Positions 62,596 to 64,000 of a stretch of DNA of 64,000 bases are shown in pieces. Each line of letters begins with the position of its first letter. The first letter of the stretch is position 1. Source of the DNA: Octopus vulgaris (Eukaryota); the NCBI GenBank assembly GCA_951406725.2, contig OX597816.1, forward strand, positions 558,001-622,000, read 5' to 3'. Below the pieces are notes generated by a model. It saw only the letters and a list, made by a program, of their open reading frames with translations. It was not told where the DNA came from and did no database searches. The position numbers and the translations under genes are program-made.

Positions 62596-64000
62596 ATACA
62601 TATATAAATTTTTATTTTTACCTGAAATTGTATACAAAAACAGTTTAACATTAAATTGAAGCATCACGCAATACCTTTTAGTAGAGTACAAGAGGAAGGT
62701 TGACAGTGACTTGAAAAGTTTAGCTTACTCACCATCATCAGTCAGCTGAGAACTAATCAGCTGAAATTTTGAAGTCACTATCAACCTATTCTTTGTGTAT
62801 GTGTTTGTGTGTGTGTGCATATATAGGCATGTGTATATGTGTGTGTGTACACACAAACGCACACATCTTTATTTATTTATCATTCTTTTACAAGAATGTT
62901 GATGGTGATTTTGATGGCAGAACTGGTCAAAACTTCAAAATCACTGACGACAACATTCTTCTATAAGAATAATAAATTTTATTGTGTCTGGCAAGGCTCA
63001 CCACTTTGATTTCCACTCATTTACTTATTTTTTACCAAAATTTTTGTTGCTTCTTGCAACCTCTTCAATAGTTGTTGTATCTGTCCGTTATCAGAACTGC
63101 ATTCATTTTGTTTGTTTGTGTGCCTGTGTATACACATGTATGTTCAGTTTATTTTTCAAGATTTCTTGCCAATAGAGAAAGAGCTGGTTTCCAACTTAGA
63201 TCCAAGGATCCTTCCTTGGAATTTCAATATCAACAACAGGGTATTTTTGTTTGCATGTATGTATGTATGTATTCTGCATATTCATGTGTTTACCTCTGTC
63301 TCCTTGTGTGTCTGTGTGTATGGGTTTGTGTGACAATGCAAATTTGTATTCTACTAACGCATCAGATTAATGTAAAACTGTTTTTGTTATAACAGAATGT
63401 AGAAACAAACATTAAATATACATATATTTCAGAGTTTGCATATATATATATATATATATATATATGTAACATGTGGTATAATTATAAACAGGGTCAATTC
63501 TAGCCATTTCTCCACAGCCTGAAAGAAATGATGAACGACCTGAATCAAGTTTTGAACATTATTGGGTTCTCATCAGAGGTGTCTACATCAGTCTGACAGT
63601 CTCCAGCGAAACAAGTAGCCTAACTGTTTATATATTCAACAAATGCAGCAGTTATTTTAATAAAGGAGTCACTAATTTGCACACCAGAAGTACTTAACAC
63701 TCTATAAATGCCAGTGGCATGCACACACACACACACACACCTACATATGGTTGCTTTCTTTGAATGTCTATCTCCTAAATTCACTCACAAGGGTTTGGTC
63801 ACCCAAGGGCTATAGTAGAAAATATTCGCCCAACATGCTACAATGAGACTGAACATGAAACTCTGTGGCTGCCAAGCAAATGTCTTAACCTCACAGCCAT
63901 TCCTATGCCATATCAGAGCCTGGAAAGAAAGAAAATAATTTCTTCTGTCTTGCTGTAGGTATCCCAATACAAGTTCACTGTTGCAGTTTGAGTTGAGGCA

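Noticed and set aside
63959-64000. Acceptor-like ttcttctgtcttgctgtag as the next CNNM exon
   Set aside because: The phase-0 reading VSQYKFTVAV* stops quickly and lacks the expected GAL.L..K motif.

Overview
AT-rich, repeat-dense eukaryotic genomic DNA. The repeat families suggest a cephalopod (Octopus-like), but this is inferred, not proven. The only host gene I can support is a + strand CNNM/CorB (DUF21) Mg2+-transporter-family gene. Three in-frame exons with canonical AG/GT sites and matching phases were found (41582-41840, 47186-47245, 61584-61791). The upstream exon(s) were not found, and the downstream CBS-pair exons appear to lie beyond the window. The protein resembles plant/fungal DUF21-CBS proteins more than vertebrate CNNM1-4. 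The rest is intronic or intergenic and full of decayed transposable elements: RTE LINEs (at least two families), CR1-like, L1/Tx1-like, Penelope-like elements with decayed hammerhead-like motifs, a Gypsy integrase fragment, Tc1/mariner/maT, pogo/Tigger, a non-autonomous Helitron, a TTAA-flanked MITE family, several tRNA-derived SINEs and microsatellites. There is no CRISPR array, rRNA or genuine tRNA, and I found no convincing new multi-gene system. The best leads are the atypical CNNM paralog, the Penelope/hammerhead remnants, a near-perfect fold-back, a concatemerised RTE 3' UTR and inverted repeats flanking exons. TE boundaries are approximate and identities were judged by eye.
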